Assembly (NCBI GenBank): GCA_052327205.1
Contig: CM126206.1
Span: 160,828,001 to 160,892,000, forward strand
DNA length: 64,000 nt
DNA from: Somniosus microcephalus
Lineage: Eukaryota
Direction of reading: 5' to 3'
Below, one piece after another: positions 25,393 through 36,939 of this stretch. Positions within the stretch are counted from its first letter, which is position 1. The number at the start of each line of letters is the position of its first letter. Made by a program: the position numbers and the translations under genes. The notes under the pieces are model-generated. The model was not told where the DNA came from. It searched no databases and saw only the letters and a list, made by a program, of their open reading frames with translations.

Positions 25393-28300
25393 TTATAAGT
25401 CAGTCTCTCTGGAGGCTTCCGGACTCGGTCCGGATAACACCTCGGTGGTGTAGTAGTTTCTGGTGGTGTAGTAGGTTCTTTTTACAAGGCTGATTCGGCT
25501 TGAATGCCAGTGTCGGGTTCATCGGGTTCCAGTATCACCGGATCGGAGGTAGATATGGGTATCTCTACTTCATCATTAGGCGTATAGCGTTGTGGTGTAG
25601 GTTGTCCCTTTTCGGATGACTCTATGATTTGGTCAGCATGGCACCTTATTATGCTTTCTCCGATGTCTACGGTATACATCAGCGGTCCTAGTCGTGAGCA
25701 GATAGTTCCAGGCTGCCATTTCTCGGTACGGTAGTCCTGGGCCAAAACTTGTTGACCTATCTGGAAGGTTCCAGTTGGCCTTTCATTCATGCCTTGAAAT
25801 TGCCGGTTCTCCACGTCCCTTCTGATGCTTGGCTTGATCAAATCCAGCCGGCATCTTAGGTTTCTATTGAAGAACATCATGGCGGGAGTTTGGTTTGTAA
25901 CCATATGTGTTGCATTCCTGTATGCGAACAAGAAGTTATCCACCTTGTGCTGAAGTTTTATGTCTTCATTACCCATGGCCTTTATGGCCTTCTTGAAGGT
26001 CTGGACAAACCTTTCAGCCAATCCATTGGTGGCGGGATGGTATGGGGCGGACGTGTAGTGCTTAACCCCATTGTTTTTTAAGAACTTCCTGAATTCTTCG
26101 GACACAAATTGCGGTCCATTATCAGAACAGATCTGTTCAGGCAGCCCATTCCTGGCAAATATGGTCCTTAATACTGTGATGGTTTTTTCCGTGGTGGTGG
26201 AGGACATCTTTATTACCTCCGGCCACTTGGAGTGTGCATCAACCGCGATTAAGAACATTGAGTCCATAAATGGACCAGCAAAGTCGATGTGTACCCTTTG
26301 CCAGGGGGATGAGGGCCACTCCCATAGATGTAGAGGGGCTTGTGGTGGAGCGTTTTGGACCTCTTGGCATCCTAGGCAGCTCTTGGTCATTTCTTCGATG
26401 TCTCCATCGATACCTGGCCACCATACAAATGCCCTGGCTAGGTTCTTCATTTTCACTCCACTCAGATGCCCCTCATGAAGCTCCTTTAGAACTTTATCCT
26501 GGAGTTTGGGTGGAATCACCACTCTGGATCCACACACCAAGGTTCCTCGGCACACTGACAGCTGTTCTCTTCTTTGCGAGAATGCTGGCAACAGTGGTTC
26601 GCCATGTGCTGGCCATCCCTTCACTGTTAAATCGTAGACTCGTGAGAGAGTCGGGTCATTTCTAGTTTCCCTTTCAATGGCAGAATTTGTTACTGGTAGA
26701 CATTCGACTGTGGTAGAGTGGAAAATCTCCACTGGGTCTACGGTAGGTGCTTCTTCTACCGTTGGCAATGGTAGGCACGATAACCCGTCAGCATTCCAAT
26801 GCTGTTTTGATCCTTTGTATTCTATGTTGTATTGGTGTGCCCCTAGAAAAAGGGACCACCTCTGTAGCGTTTGCGCTGTCATAATGGGAACACTCTTTTT
26901 AGGGTTGAATATGGAGATGAGTGGTTGATGGTCAGTCAACAAGGTAAATTTTTGTCCGTGTAGGTAATGGTTGAATTTCTTCACTCCCCATACCAGACTG
27001 AGTGCTTCCCTGTCGATTTGGGCATAGTTACGCTCAGCTGAGTTCAATGAGCGTGACGCAAAAGCTATCGGCCGTTCCGAGCCATCAGGGAATTTATGCG
27101 ATAATACTGCTCCTACGCCGTAAGGGGATGCATCACACACCAGTCTGATTGGCAGTGATGGGTTGTAATGAGCCAAAACTTCTTTGGACGTGATTAAGTC
27201 TTTGCATTTATGGAAGGCACGTTTACAGTCTTCGCTCCATTTCCAAATTACTCCTGTTTGTAGCAGTTCATTAAGAGGGTGTAGAAGAGTTGATAAGTTC
27301 GGTAAAAATTTATGATAGTAATTTATTAATCCCAGGAACGACCTTAATTGTGAAACATTTTCAGGTGCTGGGGCTTTTATGACCGCTTCAATTTTTTCAG
27401 GTGACTTATGCAACCCTTCCTTATTAATTATGTGACCACAATATGATATTTGATTCTGGAAAAATTCGCACTTGGGGCGATTTCCTCGTAGGCCCCGTTC
27501 TCTCAGCCTAGTGAGCACCTGCTCCAAATTGGCAAGGTGCTCGTTGTCGTTTTCTCCTGTTACAAGGATGTCGTCTAGGTAGCATTGAGTCCCCGGAATC
27601 CCTTGGAGGACTTGCTCCATAGCTCTTTGCCAGGTAGCTGGAGCGGATGCTACTCCGAAAACCAGTTAATTAATAATAATAATAATAATTCAACTTTATT
27701 GTCATTGCACAAGTACATGAACAACGAAATGTGATCTTGCAAGCTCCCATGACTGGGAGAAGCAAAGCCGCTGCGTCGGTGCGCGCCGCCATTCCATTTC
27801 CACCATTCCTCCTGTCCGACAATCTTCAGCCCACCGCCCGGGCCTGCTCACCAGCCGCTCCTCCGGACCTTCTCACCAACCGCCCCTCCTTGGGGCTCCT
27901 TCCGTGACCTTCTGCACCTGGTCTTCCCTGATTGTACTGGTACAGGCCTTTGTCTGTATTTATCGTGAGATACTTTTTAGAGGCCTCTTCAGCCTCCATC
28001 TGTAGATATGCCTGTGCCAAGTCAATTTTGGTGAAACGTTTCCCTCCGGATAGTGAGGCGAAAATATCTTCTATCCTCGGAAGAGGATACTGTACCGTGT
28101 GAAGGACCGGGTTTACAGTCACCTTGAAGTCTCCACAGATGCGAATTTTTCTCTGTTCTTCAGATTTATCATTATTCAACGTTTTCTTCATGACCGGGAC
28201 GATGGGTGTTGCCCACTCGCTCCAATCTATTTTGGATAATACGCCTGCCTTTTCCAAATTCTCCAGCTCTGCCTCGACTGCTGGATGAATTGTGTATGGC

Positions 28301-29490
28301 ACCGGTCTTGCTTTAAAAAACTTGGGAATTGCCGCATCTTCCACTTTTATTGAGGCGGTGATGCCTTTCAAGGTTCCTAGTTTCTCTTGAAACACTTCCT
28401 TGGCGTTGGCCAAGATGTCTTTTAATCGTTCAGGTATGACGCCATCATCATTTTTTTCCTTACTGGTCACCGTCAGTTCCTGAATGGAGTGCCAGTCTAA
28501 ACGTATTTTCCTGATCCATTCACGTCCCAACAGTGGTGGACCACCATCTTGTAGAACGTATAAATACAACTTCTGTATTTCCTTGCCGTTGTATACAACA
28601 GGCACCCTTATTTTTCCTTTGGGGTTTACTTTCTGCCCCGTATATGTTTTCAAGATAATGGATGTGTCTTTTAAAGGTATATGCGGAAATAGCCGCTCGT
28701 AATCCCGTCGATTTATGACGGTCAGAGCTGATCCTGTATCTAGCTCCATTTTAACTGGGGATCCTGCTATTGTGAGGGTAACCCAAATGGTCTGGTAATC
28801 TTCTTTGGCAATTACATTATGTAATTTGAGAGAGCTTAGTCTCTTGTTTCCGGAGTCGCTATCGCTCTTCTGGTCTTCAGAGCTACTGTCCGTCATCATT
28901 TGTACCTTTCTGTGCTTTTCCTTATTGATTTTTTTTCTGTTAGTGGATTTTTTGTTTCCAGATCGGCATACACGTGTAATGTGTCCCATCTTTCCGCATT
29001 GCCTGCATGCTTTGTCCTTGAACCAGCAGTCCCTCTGGTCATGGGTGAATCTGCCGCAGCGATAACATCTCTTGAAACCCCGTGTCATTTCATGGGTGCC
29101 GAAGTCCTGTGGCTTTTGCTGTATCTCTGCAGCTCCTCTTGCACTGAAAGCCTTGTCCAGTGTCAAATCTTTCTCAGAAAGTAGCCTTTTTTGTGTTCCT
29201 TCACTTAGGAGACCACAGACGAATTTGTCTCATAGAGAATCTGCCAGTCCTGCCCCGAATTGGCAGTGTAGGGTATCAACAATCTCCTTAAAATTCTTGT
29301 CCATCGGTTCGGCTGGAGTGATTAAGTTTCGTAACAGCTTGTATGTCTTTGCGCCCATTAGATTTAGAAGTACTGAAGCTTTTTTTTCATCTTCTATTCC
29401 ATTTGCGGTGCAATATACCTCCACTCTTTCCACATATGTGGTCCAATCCTCTATCTTATCAAAAGCATCAATATTGCCAGACTTAGGCAT
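25393..29490 (-). pseudogene. gag-pol of Gypsy 1 (2 CCHC knuckles, protease LDTG, RT YLDD, RNase H, integrase)
   Basis: ORFs 29230..29490, 27826..29166 and 25482..27620. It has premature stops, two gag deletions relative to Gypsy 4, and an insertion in RT. Confidence 0.95.
27668..27928 (-). mobile_element. Short non-LTR retroelement (Rex/Babar-like 3' end) inserted in Gypsy 1 RT
   Basis: Interrupts 'YQYN^RLVFGVASAP'. Has a (TAA)n tail next to CAACTTTATTGTCATTGCAC. Confidence 0.75.
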
Positions 29491-32037
29491 CCTAGAAAAA
29501 AAATGGCGCTTCCCGCGCTTTTCATTTCTGCAGAAAAGATATGGCGCTTCCCGCGCTTCCCCGCCGCTGCTGCCGATGACAACGCTGTTTCCCGCGGTTT
29601 CCGTTCTTTTTATTCATTTATTTACAGTTGGAGACTCGTTCTCGCCGGACTCTCTCTCTAGGTCTGAACGCCGACCTGCTTGCAGCGCCGGCCATCTCCC
29701 GAGTGCTCCCTCCCCATCTGTTACTGCTTGCCTCCACTTTTGCTGCTTGGCGTAGCTACAGAGCCAGCCGCTGGAGCCCCAGCCCGACGCCCAGGAAGGA
29801 TTATTGCAGTACCTGCCACCAGCTTGGCTAGCTGGTGAAACCACAGCTTTTTCTTTTTCTTGATTTCTTTTCAACTTTGGACGCCAGAGGAATCGATGTC
29901 CTTGAGGTGCTGCCGAATTGCAGGTAAGTCCGTTTCCAATTCGTCGCCACTGTTGTGTCCTTGTGTTGAAAGAGACACTGAAGGCAGGAGTTGGTTTCAC
30001 AGGTGTTTACTAAACAAAGTCTGGAGGGGAACTAACTGATACAACACAATATACAGCCTTATATATCCCGAGTGGCCATTACCGGCATTACAGTACACAT
30101 GGGGCTCTTAAAGGCACATACACTACAGCCACCACTCACCTCAGCTCAGCTCCCGCTCGGCAGTTTGAAGGCTTAGGCCCTGCCCACAAATGCCATGAAA
30201 CGCCCCCCAATTGGTCAACCATCACATCACTCAACGCTAATGAGCGGTAGGATTGGTCAACCGCTAATGAGCGGATTATGTCTGTTTTTTAAACGTTTTT
30301 TGCATACTGTCCGAACAATTTTTGTCTGACCAAAAAGTAAATATGCCTATGAGACTCCCCTAATCATAAGCTTTCTTTTGATATAACATATGTGTAGTTA
30401 CGCTCTATAACTTTTGAGTGATGCCCCGGACAGACAGACAGACAGACAGACAGACACCACGATCCTTTTATATATATAGATAACCTTTGGGGAAATGTGG
30501 AAGTTTTGCGAATCTTACAATAGACCAGGTGGCAACACTAGTCTAACTCATGAGGGCCCCACCAAGCTGTGTGTTGCTGCGCTGGTGCTGGGTGCACTGA
30601 GTTCTGATGACGCTGCTCCCTCAGAGGCTTCAGGTTCCTCTGAGGAGTCGTCTGGCTCTTCGTCTTGGATCGTGGGGAGGGAGGCGCTCAATGGTCCTGT
30701 GGGAGAGTAAAGGCATGATTTAGACATCTGATATTGATGTAGCAGACACATCCTTTTCTGCAGATGATACAAAGCGATTCTCTATGAACATCGTATGCCA
30801 TTGCAGTTAATCACTAAATGTCAATGAGAGGAATGAAACTCTATTATGTCACCAGCTTCCTCTAGTGTGCCCATCTCTCCATCGCCCACTTCCAGATCCT
30901 CGCCACCTCCAACAATGCTGTGTCCAGCTTCCTCAGCACTTGTCAAGGTTACAAGGGTTGGCGTACCTCCTCCAGTCATTGCTCTCTCCCTCTTATTGTG
31001 GGCTATCTTTTCCTGCAAGGAGGGACACAAGCGGTGTTTCAGCCACAGTGATGGAGTGAGTGTGAAGAATCCCTACCATAAAAGCTTTGAGGGAGACAAA
31101 GATGGGGTAAGGTGCCAAGAGGAAGCTAGCTCCCTGTGCATTGTTAGTTGTTGTCACTACATGACAGTGAGAGCGAGTCTAAGGGGTGCATAGGCAGGAT
31201 GCTGAAGTGATTCAGTACAGAGACAGAGATGGATAGGTAAGGGTGCAAGGGAAGTAAGGGTAAGGTGGGAAGTGAAGGAGGAGACTTACAACACAGAGTG
31301 CTGGTGATGAGAAGAGAAGGGAAGCAAATTGAAGGTAAGTGTGATGTGATCTCACTTTTGATGCTCGCACAAGATCATTAAATTGTTTCCCGCACTGAAT
31401 CCATGAGCGTGAATAAATGGACCTTGCGCTGACCTCCTCAGCAATGCGCAGCCAGACAGCCTTGGTCTGCTGAGGAGGCTTCCTCTGGCTATCCGGAGGG
31501 AAGAGAATCTCCCTGCGCCCTCTTACAGCATCAACAAGAGTCTTATGTTCATTAGTAAATAGACATTCTTATTATGAACACAGCTATCTTTTGCTAGACA
31601 CTTTTATTGAGCACATGTGGACTAGGTACAGTATCTGTAGAGGCTTCCATCTTGACTGCTGCCTTGTGGGTAGCCTAGCCTCATGGGTTATGTAGTCTTA
31701 ATATATATACAGCTGGGTAGTGTAGTCTTAATACATACAGCTATATACAGCTCTACGGCTCCACCTAGTGTCCACAATAGAATGACATGTTATTGATCGT
31801 TACATCCCCCTTTCTTTGAGGTTTAACAAAATCAATATCAATCAACTTTCAAGAAAACAATAAAGATAATATCAGTAACACTTTTGCTAGTGCTCTATAA
31901 ACATAAACATTTTCAAAACAGTCAACACATTTTCAAACCTTTACATTGTACTCAAAGATTAAGTCTATCAGGCTCTTTTACTTCACGTGTGGATCTTCTC
32001 AACATGGGTAAGTCTGATGTGTCTTCATGAGATTGTT

Positions 32038-33809
32038 CTAGTGGTGAATGACAAGATGCAGTTGCGGCATTGTCATCAATCTGCTCTTGTATAGATCGAG
32101 GTCTCCTTGCGATCTTTGCTTGGAGAGGGTTTCAGTGTTTCCTTCACTCTTCATGCCATAACTCTCAATGTAATCAATGCACTCTCGAAAAACTGCTGGC
32201 AGCTGGATCCCATCATACAGCATAGTCCTCTCAGCAGCCTCGGCTAATGGAACACCAAAGATTGGCCTGAGGGAAGAAGGAGTATCCACCGGAACTGCTT
32301 CCTGCTCTGGTGCAGGCTTCTTCTTTTTCTTTTTCTCTTTCCACTGCTTAACAACATCTGCTGCGGTTATATCTTTGGACTTTTTCTCCTTGTGTTTTTC
32401 CTCTTTGTGCTTTTCTTCCTTTGGCTTCTCTTTGACCGTAAAGTCTTTTTCTTTCTTCTTGGAGAAACTAGGCTTTTTGAAGGCATGGATGCCCTTTGGC
32501 CTTTTCATCCTTGATGGGCTCTCTGCTTCATCACCTGAGTCATCTGGTCTGCTTATGGCACAGTTTATACGGTAGACTCTCTTGACCAGTTCTAAGTCTT
32601 CACAAGCTTTGTCACCTAGTATCGAATCAAGTCTTTCAGCCACAACAGAAAACATGAGATGATGCACTTTGTCTTTGACTGTCACTTTAAGTCTGCATAC
32701 ACCTAAGCTATCTATTTTCTGCCCATTATAGTCCTTCAGTAGTACTGACTTTTTCTGTATTTTGGGCTTTTCTTTCACATTGTTAATGTCACTCATACTG
32801 ATTAAGTTTGCTTTTGCCCCAGTGTCCAGTTTCAATGTAACAAATGCTCCATTTATCTGCAGTGGGATCATCCATTTGTCCTCTTTTACTGCATTAACTT
32901 TATGTTCAGCATTGTCTATTTCTGAGGGCTGCACATTTTCTGTATCTTTTTTGATATCGTCACATGACACCATTCCTACAAAAAATGTCTCACTTAAAGC
33001 AGTGTCCTCAATCACATTAACTCGTTGCCCTTTCGTCGTTTTTACTTTTGAAAAGCATTGTTTGGCAAAGTGATTCTTTCCATTACACTTTGTGCACATT
33101 TTTCCAAACGCTGGGCATTGTCTTAACTGGTGTTTGTAACCACAGCGTTTACAATTAAAAATTTCATCCTCCGATTGCTTTTCATTTCTGTTCTGCCCAC
33201 GTTTCTTCCCCTTGTAGGACACAGCACCGACAGCAGCATTATCACTCATTACATTTGCATCATTATTGATTTCACTGAAAGTCTTCGCGTGATTTCGAGC
33301 TAGCTCGCTGGCTTGGCATATTTTCACCGCATTTTCCAAATTTAGTTCGGTTTCTCTCAACAGACGTTCCCTGACTTTTTTATCATGAATACCAAACACA
33401 ATCTGGTCACGAATCATGGATGCTTTGAGCTCAGAGAAATTACATGTCTGTGCTTTCAGTTTCAGATCAGTTATAAAGCTATCAAAAGTCTCATTTTGTT
33501 GCTGTGTCCGAGAACGGTAGGTGTATCTTTCATACGTCTCATTCTTTTTGGGAGAGCAATGTGCATCAAATTTTTTTAGCACATCTTCTAATTTTCCTCT
33601 GTTCTCCTCTAGATTAAATACAAATGTATTAAATACCTCTATCGCCTGTGGGCCTACAACCGTAAGCAGCAACGCTATCTTCCTTGCGTCTGGCTTCGTA
33701 CCGAATCCGATGGCTGCAATGTAGAGTTCGAATTGTTGTTTAAAGTCTGCCAATTGTAGTCGGTTTTTTCTGTGAGATTCAAATGCTCTGGTGGCTTCAA
33801 ATTCTCCAT
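32038..33809 (-). CDS. Gag-protease-RALBP1 chimeric ORF (one 1-nt frameshift about 20 codons after the likely ATG at 33809)
   Basis: 571 stop-free codons (32038..33753) encode Gag with Cys/His knuckles, protease 'LDTGAKANLI', then the RALBP1 sequence. The upstream 'MENLKPPEHLNL..NWQT' is in another frame. Confidence 0.8.
32140..32538 (-). pseudogene. RALBP1: Captured fragment of RalA-binding protein 1 (RLIP76): basic N-terminal region and start of the RhoGAP domain
   Basis: SGDEAESPSRMKRPKGIHAFKKPSFSKKKEKDF..KEKPKEEKHK..AADVVKQWKEKKKKKKP..PIFGVPL..ERTMLYDGIQLPAVFRECIDYIESYGMKSEG closely matches vertebrate RALBP1 as I recall it (SGDEAESPSKMKRSKGIHVFKKPSFSKKKEKDF...YDGIRLPAVFRECIDYVEKYGMKCEG). 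Confidence 0.93.
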
Positions 33810-34829
33810 GTCGCTTTTCACAATTTTCAGCAGATCTTCACCATCCTGGTACCATCTTATGTTCATTAATAACTTGACATTCTTATTATGAACACAGCTA
33901 GCTTTTGCTAGACACTTTTACTGAGCACATGTGGACTAGGTACAGTATCTGTAGAGGCTTCCATCTTGACTGCTGCCTTGTGGGTAGCCTAGCCTCATGG
34001 GTTATGTAGTCTTAATAATATATATACAGCTGGGTAGTGTAGTCTTAATACATACAGCTATATACAGCTCTACGGCTCCACCTAGTGTCCACTATAGAAT
34101 GACATGTTATTGATCGTTACAAAGAGCATGGAGGAACTCATCATTAAAGCATGGAGCTGCCTTGCCTCTGGAAGAACTCATTTTGGTTGGAGCACTATCA
34201 CTGAGTATCAGAATGCAGAAGAGAAAGGCTGAGGCTGAATGGGAGCTTTAAAACCAGCTGCTATTATGACGTCATCAGAGGCGGCCAGCCGACCCGATCA
34301 CACTCATTGGACCAGCCAGCGTGCTCCAATGAAGTCAACAAGCTGATTTAATTAAAATCGGACATCAGCAGTTAATCCCGTCGGAAGCGGCTCTGGAACC
34401 TGCCCACCACGCAACCTGACTCCAAGCTGCTTCAGGAATAAAAAGCACGGCCCTATCATGTAAAGGAGCAGGCAGCACAAATTTTACATGATGCCTGCAC
34501 TACTTTGAACGGGCGCAGTCAAATGGGCTGGCCCTTGACACCGCCCGTTTTTGGGCCATATCCAATTCCTAGGCCTTAGTAGCATACTGCTCACAGCAAG
34601 TCCAGCTATCAAATCAAAGTACATTTCCAAAACAAGCGAGAAATGAGGCTTGATACCTAACAAGTTAAACATTGTAATTCTGACATCATACATTTAAAAA
34701 AATGGCATCTTTCACAAAACAATCCTTAAAGCTGTGTTTAATCCTTGATGAGCCCTGGACGAGTGTTCAGGTGCATTCTGAATTCTCTTTGGTTGGCAGC
34801 CCTAAAAGAAAAAATACTTTAAAAAAAAA

Positions 34830-35260
34830 TTCATTTATGGGATGTGGGCATCGTTGGCAAGGCCATCATTTATTGCCCATCCCTAATTGCCCTTGAGAAG
34901 ATGGTGGTGAACCGCCTTCTTGAACCACTGCAGTCTGTGTGGTGAAGGTACGCCCACAGTGCTGTTAGGGAGGGATTTCCAGGATTTTGACCCAGCAACG
35001 ATGAAGGAACGGCGATATAATTCCAAGTCAGGATGGTGTGTGACTTGGAGGGGAACTTGGAGGTGGTGGTGTTCCCATGTGCCTCCTGCCCTTGTCCTTG
35101 TAGGTGGAAGAGGTCGCGGATTTGGGAGGTTCTGCTGAAGAAGCCTTGGCGAGTAGCTATAGTGCATCTTGTAGAAGGTACACACTGCAGCCACGGTACG
35201 CCGGTGGTGGAGGGAGTGAATGTTTAAGGTGGTGGATGGGGTACCAATCAAGCGGGCTGC
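34830..35260 (-). mobile_element. 5'-truncated LINE 3' end (same family as 1-545)
   Basis: 'LNIHSLHHRRTVAAVCTFYKMH...FKKAVHHHLLKGN*' plus 3' UTR. Confidence 0.85.
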
Positions 35261-36939
35261 ATTTATATAGCATCTTTCATGACCTTAGGAAGTCCCAAAG
35301 CTCTTTACAGCCAATTAACTACTTTTGAAATGTACTCACTGTCGTAATGTAGCCGTTTCCTATTTGGACACAAAGGGGTCAATTTTAACTCAGCCGTCAT
35401 GCGGGCTTTGAGGCGTGTGGGGGATTAAAATCGCAAAAACTGGGGGTCAGGACCCCCCCCCGCCTGGTTCCCGACCCGAGCCATTGTAACCCAGGTGTGT
35501 CTGATGGTCCCGAATCAGTCCCGCCTCCAACAGGCGCGACTGGTCTTTAAGGCCCTTAATCAGCAATAATTGGCCTTTATAATCCCATTTTAACAGGCCC
35601 TTGCATTTTTAAGCCTTTTCCCACGTAAAAGATGCCTGGTGGGGATCATGCCTGTGAAACCTGGCGGGAGCACTATTGGCTTGCTGACTATCAGCTGCAG
35701 GTCAACCATTAAAGAGGAGATTCGATCAGTCATCATTTGCAGGTGGCAGGACTTTGTTGTCTCAGGCCTGGGGCAACTTTTACCAGGCTTATCCACACCT
35801 GTGGAAGGTTGAAGCCTCACACACTTCTCCAGTGTGACCTCCTGGGAAACCCCGCTCGCCACCTTCACTCAGCGCTTCCTCAACGGAGGCATATACCAGA
35901 AGCATGGGAGCCATTTATTTCCTTCCCTTCTGGGCATTAGATGAGCTTGAACACCAGCCGCGGCACCAGCAGAACCAGGAACAACAGCAGCAGCAACAGA
36001 AGCGCCAGGCTGCTGCTCACCCACCTGAAGCTGCACAGGCCAGAAGGGGCCAGTGCTTGGAAGTGGCTTGAGAGCACCTTGCTGTACATCAGGGGGCCAT
36101 CTGCACTGGCAGTCCTACTCAGAAGGACTTCCATGAAGGTCTGGTTTCTCTGTTCAATAGATGCCCATCGCTCCTCAAGAGATGTCATTCTATTATGAGC
36201 AGTCGCCATATTTTCCATATCCTGGCGACTTATCTCCTCTATGGAGGTTGCCATCCTTTCCATGGTGATGCGTTCATGCGCCAATTACTCCACAAAGGCT
36301 CTGCTCATGTTCACTATGGACTCCTCCATTCGCTCCACACTCACATCTACCCTGGAGACGAAACCTGCCAGAGACTCCTGCATCTGTTCCTGGAGTTCCA
36401 GCCCCGCTGATCTTATGGATGGACCCAGAGGCAGAGGGTCGACATGCAGCTGAGCTGAGCTGGCAGACTCCTTCGCCCTCCGACTAGCACTCTCCACTGC
36501 TGTCCCTGTCTCCACAATCTGCTGATGCTCACTTGTGAGCTGTGATACACCAGGTGACAACACTACTCTATGTCCCAAAGGTCCCACCGAGGTGTGAGTG
36601 TCTGCGCTGGTGCTGGGTGCACTGAATTCTGCTGACGCTGCATCCTCAGAGGTTGCAGATTCCTCTGAGGAGTCTGGAAGCTCAGGCTCTTCCTTCTGGA
36701 CAGTGGGGATGGGGGCTCTCGAAGGTCCTGTGGGGGAGTGAAGGAAAGTGTTAGAGATGTGAGGTCAAGGTTACATGCACATTGCATATTGCAGAAGATC
36801 ATAGGTCCATCTGTTATAGCTTCAGAATTATTATCAGCGACTCATGCAATGTCAATGAGAGAGATGGAAAACTATTCTGTCACCAGCTTGCTGTGATGCA
36901 CCTGTCTGTCCATCCCCCACTTGCGCCTCACCCTCCAGT

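Larger units (their letters stand above)
25119..30127 (-). mobile_element. Gypsy LTR retrotransposon 1, near full length, defective
   Basis: 177-bp LTRs at 25119-25295 and 29951-30127 (about 5 differences). TSD GCCGC/GCCAC, primer-binding site (PBS) TGGCGACGA, polypurine tract (PPT) AAAAGGGGAGGAAT. Confidence 0.97.
23099..30480 (-). mobile_element. Non-autonomous Helitron 1
   Basis: Minus strand reads A|TCTATATATATAAAAGGATC ... CCCTCGGCACCGCCGGG-CACGCCAG-CTAG|T. It is inserted between A and T of the LTR (AAAGGTTA^TTATTAAT in the intact copy) with no TSD. Confidence 0.9.
19862..30519 (-). mobile_element. Solo LTR (about 1.4 kb) split into three pieces: 19862-21050, 22930-23098, 30481-30519
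   Basis: The pieces are collinear with the intact LTR at 61480-62848. Ends are TG...CA, with a perfect ATAG TSD (19858-61 and 30520-23). Confidence 0.92.
31541..34121 (-). mobile_element. Gypsy LTR retrotransposon 2, non-autonomous, carrying a captured RALBP1 fragment
   Basis: LTRs at 31541-31804 and 33855-34121 (about 6 substitutions and a 3-bp indel). Perfect AAGAG TSD, PBS TGGTACCAGGA (tRNA-Leu-like), PPT AGAAAGGGGGA. Confidence 0.96.
31356..34181 (-). pseudogene. Myb/SANT-like exon 1 of Harbinger A, split by Gypsy 2
   Basis: Rejoined it reads MSSSRGKAAPCFNDEFLHALVDAVRGRREILFP...KAVWLRIAEEVS...WIQCGKQFNDLVRASK, then the donor GTGAG. Confidence 0.85.
18989..34453. mobile_element. Non-autonomous Harbinger (copy A) nested in the outer Harbinger
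   Basis: Left end GGGCTCGATTTTAA and a degenerate right end TAAAAAGCACGGCCC. Its Myb-gene sequence is continuous across the 19862-30519 and 31541-34121 insertions. Confidence 0.65.
12805..34575. mobile_element. PIF/Harbinger DNA transposon (outer, formerly autonomous), expanded to 21.8 kb by nested insertions
   Basis: Left end TTA|GGCTTAGAAATTG and right end CAATTCCTAGGCC|TTA give an imperfect 13-bp TIR with a TTA TSD. It contains convergent transposase and Myb/SANT genes. Confidence 0.75.

Noticed and set aside
32140-32538. RALBP1 sequence as an exon of the host gene
   Set aside because: It lies between two LTRs with a TSD, has no splice acceptor at its 5' junction, and no other RALBP1 exons are visible.
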